A stretch of 64,000 nucleotides of DNA, from contig CATKFO010000059.1 of the NCBI GenBank assembly GCA_949747515.1, positions 17,813-81,812 of the forward strand, given 5' to 3'. Origin of the DNA: an uncultured Eubacteriales bacterium. GTDB lineage: Bacteria > Bacillota > Clostridia > Oscillospirales > CAG-272. Under the pieces are notes generated by a model, which made no database searches, was not told the DNA's origin, and saw only the letters and a list, made by a program, of their open reading frames with translations. Of this stretch, positions 44,935-55,756 are shown piece by piece (position 1 is the stretch's first letter; the number at the start of each line of letters is the position of its first letter). The position numbers and the translations under genes are program-made.

Positions 44935-45026
44935 CGTAGTCTGTAAAGAAGTGATTTTATACTTTAAACGATTATTTTTCATGCAAAGCGTAGAGCGAAT
45001 AAAGCCGGGTATTTAAGTGAGGTAAA

Positions 45027-47261
45027 ATGGCAAGAAAAAAGAAAGTTGGCGATAGCTCAGATTTTATTGAAGCGTATATTGCCGATCAGGCTATAACAGA
45101 AACAATTGAAAAAAATTATATGCCGTACGTAATGACGGTTATCGTATCGCGCGCTATACCTGAAATCGACGGATTTAAGCCGTCCCACCGTAAATTGCTA
45201 TATACTATGTACAAAATGGGTTTGCTGACAGGCGCTCGGACAAAAAGCGCCAATGTAGTCGGACAAACCATGCGTCTAAATCCTCATGGCGACGGAGCGA
45301 TTTATGAAACTTTAGTGCGTCTTACCAGAGGAAACGAGGCTCTGCTTCACCCGTTTATCGATTCAAAAGGAAGCTTTGGCAAGCAATACAGCAGAGATAT
45401 GGCTTACGCCGCGTCAAGATATACGGAGTGCAAACTAGATCCTATATGCGCGGAAATATTCGCGGGTATTGATAAAGACGCGGTTGATATGATCCCTAAT
45501 TACGACAATACGTTAAAAGAACCTCAATTGCTTCCAACAAGGTTTCCAAACGTTCTCGTATCTCCTAATACAGGTATTGCAGTTGGAATGGCGTCGTCGA
45601 TTTGTTCGTTTAATCTATCTGAAATATGCGACGGGACTATAGCGATTCTTAAAAATCCAAATTTATCTACAGATAAACTGCTTGACCTTATTAAAGCTCC
45701 AGATTTTTCCGGCGGAGGAAATCTGATATATGATAGAGAGCAGCTTCGCGTTATATATGAAACCGGACACGGAAGCATAAAACTCAGAGCAAGATATACG
45801 TTTGACAAACAAAATAGTTGTATTGAAATACTTCAAATACCGTATTCTACGTCTATCGAACTGATTTTAAAGAAAGTGACGGATCTTGTAAAAGAGGGGA
45901 AGCTTAAAGAAATAAAAGATGTGCGAGACGAAATCGACCTTAACGGTTTTAAGTTAACTCTTGACGTTGCCAAAGGCGCGGACCCGGATCTTATTATGGC
46001 GAAGCTTTATAAACTGACTACGCTTGAAGACGATTTTGCCTGCAATTTTAACGTTCTTATTGACGGAGCTCCACGGCTTCTAGGCGTTTCAGACATACTT
46101 AAAGAATGGATAAAATTCAGAACAGGATGCCTCAAACGTGAATTCAGTTTTGATTTGAAAAAGAAAAAGGATAAGCTGCATCTTCTCCGGGCGCTTGGAA
46201 AAATACTTCTCGATATTGACAAAGCTATCGCTATAGTTAGAGGTACGGAAAAGGAATCCGATGTTGTTCCGAGACTTATGGATGGATTTAAAATCGATCA
46301 GACACAGGCCGAATATATTGCTGAGATAAAGCTAAGGCATCTTAATAGAGAGTATATAATAGAGCGTATTAAGGAAATAGAAAGTCTTCAGAAAGAAATA
46401 TTGGATTTAGAGGAAACTATAAAGGACGAACTAAAGTTAAAGGCAGTTATTATAGAACAGCTTAAAGAAATAAAGAAAAAATATGGAAAGCCGAGAAAGA
46501 CTCAGCTGATTTATTCCGACGATATAATAGAGGCTCCTCCGATGGACAGCGTCGACAACTATAACGTTCGGGTAGTGCTGACTCAGGAGGGGTATTTTAA
46601 AAAAATCACGTCTCAATCTTTGCGCGGATCTGACGAACAAAAGCTTAAGGAAGGAGATGAAGTTCTGAATTCCGAGGATACGGAAAACAGAGCCGAGCTT
46701 ATGTTTATTTCAGACCGAGGTCGAGCATATAAAATTAAAGCCGACGATTTTGACCCGGTTAAGGCGTCGGCGCTTGGAGACTTTCTTCCGGCAAAGCTTG
46801 GATTTGATGAAGACGAGCGTCCTATACTAATGAAGTCTATGCTTTCAGGTTATCCGGACAATCGATATATTATATATATTTTTGAAAACGGGAAAGGAGT
46901 TCGAATTCCTGTGTCAGCATATGAAACAAAGGGAAATCGACGCCGTCTTACCGGAGCATATTCTGAAAGCTCTCCCGTCGCAGCGGCGATATATGAGGAT
47001 TCAGCTATTGATATACTCATACTTTCAGGCGATGGAAGAGGCATATATATAAATTCAGAACTTATACCTGAAAAAACAACAAGAACTGCTTCCGGAGTAA
47101 CTCTCATAAATCTAAAAAAGGGTCAAAAAGTGACTTCAGTTCTTTACGGAGAGAAGGCAAATAGTTATCCGTCTGTTCAAAAATATAAAAAAAATAAAAT
47201 TCCGGCTACGGGAATTTTGCCGAGAAATATGACTGAGCAGCTTGGAATGGACATTACTTGA
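45027..47261 (+). CDS. type IIA topoisomerase subunit A (ParC/GyrA-like)
   Basis: PEIDGFKPSHRKLLY and catalytic Tyr context AASRYTECKL. 744 aa. No B subunit in the window. Confidence 0.88.
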   Translation: MARKKKVGDSSDFIEAYIADQAITETIEKNYMPYVMTVIVSRAIPEIDGFKPSHRKLLYTMYKMGLLTGARTKSANVVGQTMRLNPHGDGAIYETLVRLTRGNEALLHPFIDSKGSFGKQYSRDMAYAASRYTECKLDPICAEIFAGIDKDAVDMIPNYDNTLKEPQLLPTRFPNVLVSPNTGIAVGMASSICSFNLSEICDGTIAILKNPNLSTDKLLDLIKAPDFSGGGNLIYDREQLRVIYETGHGSIKLRARYTFDKQNSCIEILQIPYSTSIELILKKVTDLVKEGKLKEIKDVRDEIDLNGFKLTLDVAKGADPDLIMAKLYKLTTLEDDFACNFNVLIDGAPRLLGVSDILKEWIKFRTGCLKREFSFDLKKKKDKLHLLRALGKILLDIDKAIAIVRGTEKESDVVPRLMDGFKIDQTQAEYIAEIKLRHLNREYIIERIKEIESLQKEILDLEETIKDELKLKAVIIEQLKEIKKKYGKPRKTQLIYSDDIIEAPPMDSVDNYNVRVVLTQEGYFKKITSQSLRGSDEQKLKEGDEVLNSEDTENRAELMFISDRGRAYKIKADDFDPVKASALGDFLPAKLGFDEDERPILMKSMLSGYPDNRYIIYIFENGKGVRIPVSAYETKGNRRRLTGAYSESSPVAAAIYEDSAIDILILSGDGRGIYINSELIPEKTTRTASGVTLINLKKGQKVTSVLYGEKANSYPSVQKYKKNKIPATGILPRNMTEQLGMDIT

Positions 47262-47332
47262 CTGAACAAAAAAGTTATTCGTCTAAATTATAACCTATAT
47301 CGCGCCGCATGACGGTTAGATTGGAGTTTGTT

Positions 47333-47458
47333 ATGAAAAAAAGAACCAAACAAGATAAAACAAAATTTATCGCAAGAGTCGTATCTTTAATACTTGCCGG
47401 ACTTATGGTAGCTGGAGCTGCATATTACGCTATATATTTGATGACGTTAAATATATAA
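47333..47458 (+). CDS. small membrane protein (41 aa), not in the ORF track
   Basis: ATG at 47333 with TTGGAG 7 nt upstream. MKKRTKQDKTKFIARVVSLILAGLMVAGAAYYAIYLMTLNI has a basic N-terminus plus one TM. A strong terminator follows. Confidence 0.45.
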   Translation: MKKRTKQDKTKFIARVVSLILAGLMVAGAAYYAIYLMTLNI

Positions 47459-47460
47459 CA

Positions 47461-47510
47461 ATATACAATAAGCACATGGTATTTCCGTGTGCTTATTGTA
47501 TATATTTTTT
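47461..47510 (+). terminator. rho-independent terminator
   Basis: Perfect 16-bp stem, ATATACAATAAGCACA (47461-47476) with TGTGCTTATTGTATAT (47488-47503), followed by TTTTTT. Confidence 0.9.
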
Positions 47511-47553
47511 CATAATTTTCGCGTTATTGAATTTATATTTTGAAAGGTCTGAA

Positions 47554-48774
47554 ATGAATTTAAAATACAAGAAAACACTTAGAGCTTGCTATCTTGGCTA
47601 TATAACGCAAGCAATCACTGTGAACCTGTCAACTCTTTTCTTTGTTATATTCAGAAATGATTTCGGAATCACTTATTCGGAAATTGCGAATATAATACTT
47701 TTTACATTTGTTGTTCAAATTGTCGTCGACGGTATTATGGTTAAGCTAATTTATAAAATCGGTTATAGAGCCGCTGCCATCTCGGCGCATATATTTGCCG
47801 CGTCCGGGCTGTTGATGCTTGGAATCCTTCCGTTTGTTATAAGTAATTATATTGGAATACTTATCTCAGTGTTTTTTTATTCGGTTGGCGGAGGTATAAT
47901 TGAAGTGGTAATAAGTCCCATTGTCGATTCATTGCCTAACGATGGAAAAGGCTCGGGAATGTGCATGCTTCACTCTTTTTATTCGTGGGGACAAGTCATG
48001 GTGATGCTATTCACAACTATTGGGCTAAAGCTGATAGGAAGTTCACATTGGTTTGTTTTGCCTATACTGTGGGCAATATTGCCTATTTTTAATATTATTT
48101 ACTTTTCAAAGGCGCTTCTACCTAAGATAGATTCAGATGAGGGAAAAGCTCAGAAGAAGACACTTTTTTCTTCTCCAGTAGTATATCTGGCAGTTTTGCT
48201 TATGATATGCGCCGGAGCGGCTGAAATGTCGATGTCTCAGTGGGCGTCGTTATTTGCAGAACAAGGCCTTGGAGTTAGTAAAGTAACGGGCGACCTTCTA
48301 GGTCCGTGTTTATTCGCCTTAAATATGGGTATAGGAAGAACTATTTATGGAATCTTTGGCGAAAAACTAAACATTAGCGTCGGTATTATTTCATGCAGTA
48401 TACTTACGTTGGCTTGCTATTTATTTACCATATTCGCTTCGCTACCTATATTTTCTCTCCTTGGATGCGCGTTATGCGGATTTGGCGTAAGTCTCATGTG
48501 GCCCGGCGTTCTTTCTATGACTTCGGAGGCTTTGGGCAATCGAGCCGTTCCGTCTCTTTTCGCCGCGTTAGCGCTTGCTGGAGACGTAGGATGCTCAACC
48601 GGCCCTTGGATATCCGGTATAGTATCAGACAAATATGCGGCCGTACATCCAGCTGCGGGCAACGGAGCAAACCTGAGGGCAGGGATGTTTGCTTCATCAG
48701 CATTTCCATTGATAATGATAATAGCGTCGTTTTTTATGGCGCATATTATCCGAAAAAGAAAAAGCAAAACATAA
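47554..48774 (+). CDS. MFS transporter
   Basis: About 12 TM segments. The ATG at 47554 lies downstream of the terminator (the track start at 47476 lies inside the hairpin). Confidence 0.8.
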   Translation: MNLKYKKTLRACYLGYITQAITVNLSTLFFVIFRNDFGITYSEIANIILFTFVVQIVVDGIMVKLIYKIGYRAAAISAHIFAASGLLMLGILPFVISNYIGILISVFFYSVGGGIIEVVISPIVDSLPNDGKGSGMCMLHSFYSWGQVMVMLFTTIGLKLIGSSHWFVLPILWAILPIFNIIYFSKALLPKIDSDEGKAQKKTLFSSPVVYLAVLLMICAGAAEMSMSQWASLFAEQGLGVSKVTGDLLGPCLFALNMGIGRTIYGIFGEKLNISVGIISCSILTLACYLFTIFASLPIFSLLGCALCGFGVSLMWPGVLSMTSEALGNRAVPSLFAALALAGDVGCSTGPWISGIVSDKYAAVHPAAGNGANLRAGMFASSAFPLIMIIASFFMAHIIRKRKSKT

Positions 48775-48787
48775 ATTATCATAATAG

Positions 48788-48830
48788 AAAATACTGCCTA
48801 TTTGACAAAATATCGAACAGGCAGTATTTT
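48788..48830. terminator. bidirectional terminator between the MFS gene and the PEPCK gene
   Basis: AAAATACTGCC (48788-48798) pairs with GGCAGTATTTT (48820-48830). Confidence 0.75.
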
Positions 48831-48848
48831 TTATTAAAAATTATTTGG

Positions 48849-50624
48849 TCAACCGAGACGGGATTTAAGCTCTTCAAGTTCCTGCTTCAATTCATTAGGA
48901 ACGCGTTCGCCTATCATATTGTAGAATTCTTCGATATTCTTTGTATCCTCAAGCCATGAGTCATGATCAACAGACAGCAAGTCGCGAACTGTATCAACTG
49001 TTATGTCGAGTCCTTCGATATTGATATCTTCAGCTTTAGGAACATATCCGATAGCTGTTTCAACAGCCTCCGCTTTGTCCTCGCATCTATCAAGGATCCA
49101 CATAAGAACGCGCATATTATCGCCAAATCCAGGCCAAATAAAGTTTCCGTTGTCATCCGTGCGGAACCAGTTTACATTGAATATCTTAGGAGGATTAGGA
49201 ATTTTCTTGCCCATTTCCAGCCAGTGAGCAAAGTAATCGCCCATATCGTATCCGGTAAATGGACGCATAGCCATGGGATCGCGGCGAACTACGCCGACAG
49301 CTCCGGAAGCGGCGGCGGTAGTCTCTGAAGCCATGATTGAACCGACAAACGTTCCATGCTGCCAATTTCTTGACTGATATACCAGAGGAGCCGTTTTTGC
49401 GCGTCTTCCGCCAAATATAATCGCGGAGATCGGAACTCCGGCAGGATTGTTAAATTCTGACGAAATACACGGGCAGTTAACCGCCTTAGCTGTAAAGCGG
49501 GAATTAGGATGAGCGCCGCAAGTAGATTTGTCTTTTTTATCGTACTTTTTGTAATCCCAAGGATTACCTTTCCAATCGACTGCGTTTGCGGGAGGATTAT
49601 TGTCAAGCCCTTCCCACCAAACAGTATTGTCGTCGAGGTTGTGAACGACGTTTGTGAAAATAGTATCGCGCATCGTAGTATGAAGAGCGTTGGGATTTGA
49701 ATGCTCGTTTGTTCCGGGCGCTACTCCGAAGAAACCGTTTTCAGGGTTTACGGCCCATAGACGTCCGTCGCCGCCTACGCGAAGCCATGCGATATCGTCG
49801 CCTACGCACCATACTTTATATCCCTTCGCTTTGTAAATTTCGGGAGGAATAAGCATTGCAAGGTTAGTTTTACCGCATGCGGACGGGAAAGCGGCGCTTA
49901 CGTACTTAATTTCTCCGTCAGGATATTCTACGCCGAGTATAAGCATGTGTTCGGCCATCCATCCCTCTTTGCGTCCAAGATAAGATGCGATTCTCAGCGC
50001 GAAGCACTTTTTTCCAAGAAGCACGTTTCCGCCGTATCCAGAGTTAACGCTCCAAATAGTATTGTCTTCCGGAAAATGGCAGATATAACGGTTTTCCTCG
50101 TCAAGGTCAGCCTTTGCATGCAGTCCTTTAATAAATCCTGATTCATTGCCGAGAGCTTCAAGAACGTCGGTTCCTACTCGAGTCATTATAAGCATATTGA
50201 GAACGACGTATATTGAGTCGGTAAGCTCGATTCCATATTTTGCAAAGTCAGACCCTACTATACCCATTGAATAAGGAATAACATACATAGTTTTCCCTCT
50301 CATTGAGCCGCGGTACAGTTTTGACAATTTATTATAGCACTCTTGTGGATCCATCCAATTGTTTATGTTGCCGGCATCCTCTTTCTTCGCGGTACAAATA
50401 AAAGTGCGTCCTTCAACCCGCGCCACGTCGTTAACGGCGGTGCGGTGCAGATAGCATCCGGGAAGCTTTTCTTCGTTGAGTTTAATAATTTCGCCGGTGG
50501 AGCATGCCTCCCGGCGAAGCTCCTCAGCTTGTTCTTCAGAACCGTCGATCCATACCACGCGCTCCGGTTCAGTAAGAGCTTTCATTTCTTCAATCCATGA
50601 AAGCACATATTTGTTATTTGTCAT
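48849..50624 (-). CDS. pckG: phosphoenolpyruvate carboxykinase (GTP)
   Basis: 591 aa with FPSACGKTNLAM kinase-1a P-loop and overall GTP-PEPCK pattern. Confidence 0.92.
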   Translation of the reverse strand: MTNNKYVLSWIEEMKALTEPERVVWIDGSEEQAEELRREACSTGEIIKLNEEKLPGCYLHRTAVNDVARVEGRTFICTAKKEDAGNINNWMDPQECYNKLSKLYRGSMRGKTMYVIPYSMGIVGSDFAKYGIELTDSIYVVLNMLIMTRVGTDVLEALGNESGFIKGLHAKADLDEENRYICHFPEDNTIWSVNSGYGGNVLLGKKCFALRIASYLGRKEGWMAEHMLILGVEYPDGEIKYVSAAFPSACGKTNLAMLIPPEIYKAKGYKVWCVGDDIAWLRVGGDGRLWAVNPENGFFGVAPGTNEHSNPNALHTTMRDTIFTNVVHNLDDNTVWWEGLDNNPPANAVDWKGNPWDYKKYDKKDKSTCGAHPNSRFTAKAVNCPCISSEFNNPAGVPISAIIFGGRRAKTAPLVYQSRNWQHGTFVGSIMASETTAAASGAVGVVRRDPMAMRPFTGYDMGDYFAHWLEMGKKIPNPPKIFNVNWFRTDDNGNFIWPGFGDNMRVLMWILDRCEDKAEAVETAIGYVPKAEDINIEGLDITVDTVRDLLSVDHDSWLEDTKNIEEFYNMIGERVPNELKQELEELKSRLG

Positions 50625-50901
50625 TTCAGCATCTCCTTATGAAAACAAATTCAAATCATATTATACTTTATTTAAAATGAATTTTCAATCTAAAAAGTAA
50701 CCAAAATAAATCAATTAACAATTTTTTAATACAGGATACATAGGGGTATTTTAGCGCAAATTAAAATATGACGACATACGAATAAACTCCATTCGGACAT
50801 AAAAATGCTCCGGTTAGCTATAATCGCGACTAAAATCTTGCTAAAATTCGAGCGTTGCAGTATCATGAATTTGCAAGGAAAAAGTAATGGAGGAATACGT
50901 C

Positions 50902-51120
50902 ATGAAAAAAATAATAATGTTAAAAGGACTTGATTGCGCGCATTGCGCCGAAAAAATTGAAAGCAGCGTTAAAAAAATCAAAGGAGTTGAGTTCGCGGCG
51001 ATATCTTTTATAGCGAGTAAGATGTCCGTGCAAATTGTCGACGGCATGGAAGACGTGGTATGCGGCGAAATAATAAAAATCGTTAGGAAAATAGAACCGG
51101 ACGTTAAAGTTATTATGTAA
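50902..51120 (+). CDS. heavy-metal-associated (HMA) domain protein
   Basis: GLDCAHCAEKIE CxxC metal-binding motif; GGAGG RBS before the ATG at 50902. Confidence 0.8.
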   Translation: MKKIIMLKGLDCAHCAEKIESSVKKIKGVEFAAISFIASKMSVQIVDGMEDVVCGEIIKIVRKIEPDVKVIM

Positions 51121-51152
51121 GCAAACGTTTAAAGATTAGTTTTAAGGAGGAT

Positions 51153-53003
51153 ATGATGTCGAAAAAGCAAAAAAAAGATCTTATAAAAATTACGGTCTCG
51201 GCTAGTCTAACGATACTTTCTTTATTTCTGCCATGGAAATTTATTAGTATAGGAGTATTTATAGCCGCTTATCTCGCGGCGGGATACGACGTTTTAATAA
51301 AGGCGATACGCAATATTTTTACCGGACGTTTATTCGATGAAAATTTTCTTATGGGCGTCGCGACGATCGGAGCTTTTTGTATCGGCGAATATGTCGAAGG
51401 TATCCTTGTTATGATTCTTTATCAGATCGGGGAACTTTTTCAGTCGTATTCCGTTGATAAGTCAAGAGAATCTATTTCAGCGTTAGCAAGCATGCAGCCT
51501 CAAAGCGCTCATTTAGTATGCGACGGCAAGATATCTGATATTCTTCCCGAAAAAGTATCCGTAGGAGATGTAATCGCCGTATATCCGGGAGAGAGGATCC
51601 CTGTCGACGGAACAGTGTTAAAAGGTAAAACGGAGATAGATACGTCCGCTCTTACCGGAGAATCAAATCCAGTATATATTGAAGAAGGAAGCTCGGCGTT
51701 AAGCGGATGTATAAACATGAGTGGAGTTATAGAAATGAGAGCCGAACGTCTTTCTTCCGAATCAGCGGCCGCAAGAATACTTGAAATCGTGGAAAATTCC
51801 GCCATGAAAAAAAGTAAAAGCGAGAACTTTATTTCAAAGTTTGCAAAAATATATACTCCAGTAGTAGTAATTTCAGCGCTGCTTCTCGCCGCGATACCTT
51901 CGTTTATAACAGGGGACGCCGCCAAATGGGTGGAACGCGCGCTCACTTTTCTCGTCGTCTCATGTCCATGCGCCTTGGTTATATCCGTTCCTTTGACTTT
52001 TTTTGCCGGTATCGGCAAGGCCTCAAAGAATGGAATTCTTATAAAGGGCGCTTGCTATATGGATTCAATGTCAAAAATAAAAACAGTTGTATTCGACAAG
52101 ACGGGAACGCTTACAAACGGTTACTTTTCTGTAACTGAAGCAATACCAGAAGGAATATCGCGCGACGAACTGACGTATTTCGCGGCGGGCGCGGAAACTT
52201 TCTCCCATCATCCTGTCGGCGAGGCGTTGAAACGATATGCCGAAAAGGAGAATATTCGACTTGACAAGGCGCGCGTTTCAAATGCGCGTGAAATTCCGGG
52301 ACGAGGAGTCGTAACCGAGGTGGACGGGAACGTAGTCGCAGTCGGAAGCATAGGCCATATGAAAGATTTATCGGTTGAGTTATCTTGTTTTGACTCGGAA
52401 GACGAGGGCACAATTATGTACGCGGCCGTTAACGGAAAATATCGCGGTAAAATACTGTTGTCGGACGCGCCGAAAGATACGGCGATTGAAGCAATAAATA
52501 TGCTCCGTTTGGAAGGCGCGGAAAAGCTGGTTATGCTCACCGGGGACAGAAAATCAATTTCTGAAAAGACGGCTGATAAATTAAAGCTGGATGAAGTGAG
52601 AGCGGAACTATTGCCTGAGGATAAGGTTTCCGCCGTTGAAGAATTGATGGCAATCGGCGGAGACACGAAGCTGGCGTTTGTAGGAGACGGTATAAACGAC
52701 GCGCCGGTTATTACCAGAGCCGACGTAGGCTTCGCAATGGGAGCTATAGGCAGCGACGCCGCCGTGGAGGCCGCCGACGTAGTTCTTATGAACGACGACC
52801 CTAGACTTTGCCCAAAGGCTATACGAATTTCCAAAAACACTATACGTATTGTTCGTCAGAATATTGTTTTCGCTCTTGCCGTAAAAGCAGCCGTGCTTAT
52901 CGGCGGAGCATTGGGACTGACAGGAATGTGGGCTGCCGTATTCGCCGACGTAGGCGTTTGCGTTTTAGCCGTATTTAACGCTATGCGCGCGGGAAAAAGC
53001 TGA
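51153..53003 (+). CDS. heavy-metal translocating P1B-type ATPase (Cd/Zn/Co-type, no fused HMA domain)
   Basis: CPC (SCPCALV), DKTGTLT, SHHPV and GDGINDAP motifs. The start may be the second ATG at 51156. Confidence 0.9.
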   Translation: MMSKKQKKDLIKITVSASLTILSLFLPWKFISIGVFIAAYLAAGYDVLIKAIRNIFTGRLFDENFLMGVATIGAFCIGEYVEGILVMILYQIGELFQSYSVDKSRESISALASMQPQSAHLVCDGKISDILPEKVSVGDVIAVYPGERIPVDGTVLKGKTEIDTSALTGESNPVYIEEGSSALSGCINMSGVIEMRAERLSSESAAARILEIVENSAMKKSKSENFISKFAKIYTPVVVISALLLAAIPSFITGDAAKWVERALTFLVVSCPCALVISVPLTFFAGIGKASKNGILIKGACYMDSMSKIKTVVFDKTGTLTNGYFSVTEAIPEGISRDELTYFAAGAETFSHHPVGEALKRYAEKENIRLDKARVSNAREIPGRGVVTEVDGNVVAVGSIGHMKDLSVELSCFDSEDEGTIMYAAVNGKYRGKILLSDAPKDTAIEAINMLRLEGAEKLVMLTGDRKSISEKTADKLKLDEVRAELLPEDKVSAVEELMAIGGDTKLAFVGDGINDAPVITRADVGFAMGAIGSDAAVEAADVVLMNDDPRLCPKAIRISKNTIRIVRQNIVFALAVKAAVLIGGALGLTGMWAAVFADVGVCVLAVFNAMRAGKS

Positions 53004-53010
53004 ATATTAT

Positions 53011-53039
53011 ATGCGCCGATATTGATTTTGTCGGCGCAT
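53011..53039 (+). terminator. hairpin after the ATPase gene
   Basis: ATGCGCCGA (53011-53019) pairs with TCGGCGCAT (53031-53039); no clear T run. Confidence 0.45.
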
Positions 53040-53285
53040 TGTGTTATAATAAAGCATCTATACAAAGACATATTATGGTTTATCGGCGTTTTGAACGTCG
53101 ACAAGATATTACGGTTATAGTTATAATGCGTATCAAAGCTTTGAAGAAATCAATTCTTATCCATAAAATTGTTTTTCCAAAACCAAATGTTTTTTATACT
53201 GCGTTATAAACTGATTTGTTAGAGAAAAACGAACTCTTTACATATTATCAGTTTGTCAGGCGCAGTACTTGAAAGGATATATTAA

Positions 53286-55721
53286 ATGCCTCGAACAATT
53301 GAAAAGATCGAAAAGGTTACTCTCCCTGTAATTCCGCTTCGAGGACTTGTAGCTTTTCCATCTATGCATCTTAATTTTGAATTGCAGAGAGAAACGTCAA
53401 TAAAAGCGGCGACGCTTGCGCTTGAAGCGGACATGCACGTTTTTTTGCTTACTCAAAAGGAGATATCTACAGAGAATCCTGTCGCGTCGGATATGTATAA
53501 GACGGGATGTATCGCTAAAATAACTCATTCGCTGAAAACTCCCGAGGGGACGATTCGCGTTGTTGCGGAGGGAGTAGAGCGCGGCGTAGTTTCAGCTATT
53601 TTTGAGGAAGACGGCTGTTTCAGAGCTCAGATTATTTCAAAATCAATGACAAGCGACGCGGACTCTTCGGATCTCCGCACTGAAGCGATAATGAGAGAAG
53701 CTATGTCGTCTCTTGAAACAATGCTGAAGTATATGCCGTCGGTATCGTCGGATCTTATAATAGCGGCGTATTCGAAAAAGTCCCCGGGAGCCCTTGCAGA
53801 TTTTATCGCTTTTAACGCTCTTATTCGATATAGCGACAAGCAGGAAATTCTCGAATGTATCGATCCGCGGCGCAGACTTGAATTACTTACAATAATTATT
53901 GAAAATGAAACCAAGCTTCTCCGCACTGAAATGCTCATTCATAAAAAGGTCAAGGAGCAAATAGACGAAAATCAAAGAGAGTACTATCTTCGCGAACAAA
54001 TGAAAGCGATACAGGGAGAGCTTGGTGAAAGCGGAGGAGACGATGTATCAGAATATCTGGAAAAGGTAGAAAAGGCGAATCTTCCGGAAGAAGTAGATGC
54101 AAAATTAAGAAAAGAAATCTCTCGTTTATCAAAAACTCCTTTTGGGTCTCCGGAGGCTTCGGTGGCTCGCGGATATTTGGACGTTTGCCTTGAAATACCG
54201 TGGGGCGTATACACAACGGACAGAGTCAACTTATCTTCCGCTAGGCGTATACTCGACGCGGATCACAACGGACTTGATAAGGTTAAAGAACGTATTTTAG
54301 AGTATCTTGCGGTAAGAAAATTAAATCCTGATCTTGGAAATCAAATAATTTGCTTCGTAGGTCCTCCAGGAGTAGGCAAAACGTCGCTCGGACGCTCTAT
54401 TGCAAGTGCAATGAAAAGAAAATACGTTAGAGTATCTCTTGGGGGAGTAAGAGACGAATCCGATATACGCGGACATAGAAAGACTTATGTAGGTTCTATG
54501 CCGGGAAGAATTATAAACGCTCTTATTGACGCCGGTTCCATGAATCCGCTGATACAACTCGACGAGATTGACAAGCTTTGTTCCGACGCTCACGGAGACC
54601 CTGCGTCGGCTTTGCTTGAAGTATTGGATTCCGAACAGAATTGTTCGTTCAGAGATCATTTTGTAGAACTTCCAGTGGATCTCTCAAAATGTATTTTTTT
54701 GGCCAGCGCTAATACTTTGTCGACAATTCCAACTCCGCTGATCGACAGAATGGAAATCATTGAACTTCATACTTACACTCCGATGGAAAAATCGGCTATA
54801 GCGACGGATCATTTAATTCCAAAACAGTTGAAAAAGCATGGCCTTAACCGTCGTATGCTTAAAATTTCAAACGACGCCGTTAAAGAGCTTATTTCTTATT
54901 ATACAAGAGAATCTGGAGTCAGAAATCTTGAAAGGGAAATTGCTTCTCTTTGCCGTAAGGCCGCTAAAAAAATTGCGGACGCTGAATCAAAAAGCGTCTC
55001 GATAAACAAAGACAATGTGAAGGAATACCTTGGCGGAAGAAAATTTGACGACGACGCGTATCTTTCCGGGGACTCCGTTGGAATAGTTAACGGACTAGCT
55101 TATACTGAAGTAGGCGGAGACGTATTAAAAATTGAGGCGTCCGTTATGGATGGAAGCGGAAAAATTGAGATGACGGGAACTCTTGGCGACGTGATGAAAG
55201 AATCTGCGAAGATTGCTTTTAGCTACGTAAGAGCTCGCAGCTCGGATTTAGGAACGCCCAATGATTTTTATAAAACAAAAGATATACATATTCATGTCCC
55301 CGAGGGAGCGGTCCCCAAAGACGGTCCTTCCGCCGGGGTTACTATGCTCGTAGCTTTAACATCCGCTCTTAGCGGGAAAAAAGTAAGATCCGATACTGCG
55401 ATGACCGGAGAAATTACGCTTACGGGCAGAGTTCTGCCTATCGGAGGACTTAGAGAGAAAACTACGGCGGCGTATACGTTAGGGATAAAAAGGGTAATAA
55501 TTCCTTTGGGGAATGTAAAAGATATTGAGGAACTTGATCCTATCGTCAGGTCGGAGCTAACGTTTATCCCATGTTCGTCTGTTGAAGAAGTTTTATCGGC
55601 TTCTCTTTGCGATTCTTCTTGTTATAAACAGTCGAATTCATCGGAAGAGGTCAAGCCTGAAGAGGTTGTTCTCACAAAATCAAATACGCAGATAATAGAA
55701 GGTTACAGCAGAGCAATATAA
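53286..55721 (+). CDS. lon: ATP-dependent Lon protease
   Basis: Walker A GPPGVGKTS, catalytic serine context PKDGPSAGVTM, and a LON N-domain. Confidence 0.95.
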   Translation: MPRTIEKIEKVTLPVIPLRGLVAFPSMHLNFELQRETSIKAATLALEADMHVFLLTQKEISTENPVASDMYKTGCIAKITHSLKTPEGTIRVVAEGVERGVVSAIFEEDGCFRAQIISKSMTSDADSSDLRTEAIMREAMSSLETMLKYMPSVSSDLIIAAYSKKSPGALADFIAFNALIRYSDKQEILECIDPRRRLELLTIIIENETKLLRTEMLIHKKVKEQIDENQREYYLREQMKAIQGELGESGGDDVSEYLEKVEKANLPEEVDAKLRKEISRLSKTPFGSPEASVARGYLDVCLEIPWGVYTTDRVNLSSARRILDADHNGLDKVKERILEYLAVRKLNPDLGNQIICFVGPPGVGKTSLGRSIASAMKRKYVRVSLGGVRDESDIRGHRKTYVGSMPGRIINALIDAGSMNPLIQLDEIDKLCSDAHGDPASALLEVLDSEQNCSFRDHFVELPVDLSKCIFLASANTLSTIPTPLIDRMEIIELHTYTPMEKSAIATDHLIPKQLKKHGLNRRMLKISNDAVKELISYYTRESGVRNLEREIASLCRKAAKKIADAESKSVSINKDNVKEYLGGRKFDDDAYLSGDSVGIVNGLAYTEVGGDVLKIEASVMDGSGKIEMTGTLGDVMKESAKIAFSYVRARSSDLGTPNDFYKTKDIHIHVPEGAVPKDGPSAGVTMLVALTSALSGKKVRSDTAMTGEITLTGRVLPIGGLREKTTAAYTLGIKRVIIPLGNVKDIEELDPIVRSELTFIPCSSVEEVLSASLCDSSCYKQSNSSEEVKPEEVVLTKSNTQIIEGYSRAI

Positions 55722-55756
55722 TTAAAGGCAAATATAAACTAAGGAACAAGCGGATA

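Noticed and set aside
47476-47553. N-terminal 26 codons of the MFS transporter track ORF
   Set aside because: They lie inside the 16-bp-stem terminator at 47461-47510. The ATG at 47554 downstream of it is the plausible start.
53040-53285. Heat-shock operators upstream of lon (CIRCE or CtsR box)
   Set aside because: Neither TTAGCACTC-N9-GAGTGCTAA nor tandem GGTCAAA heptads are present.
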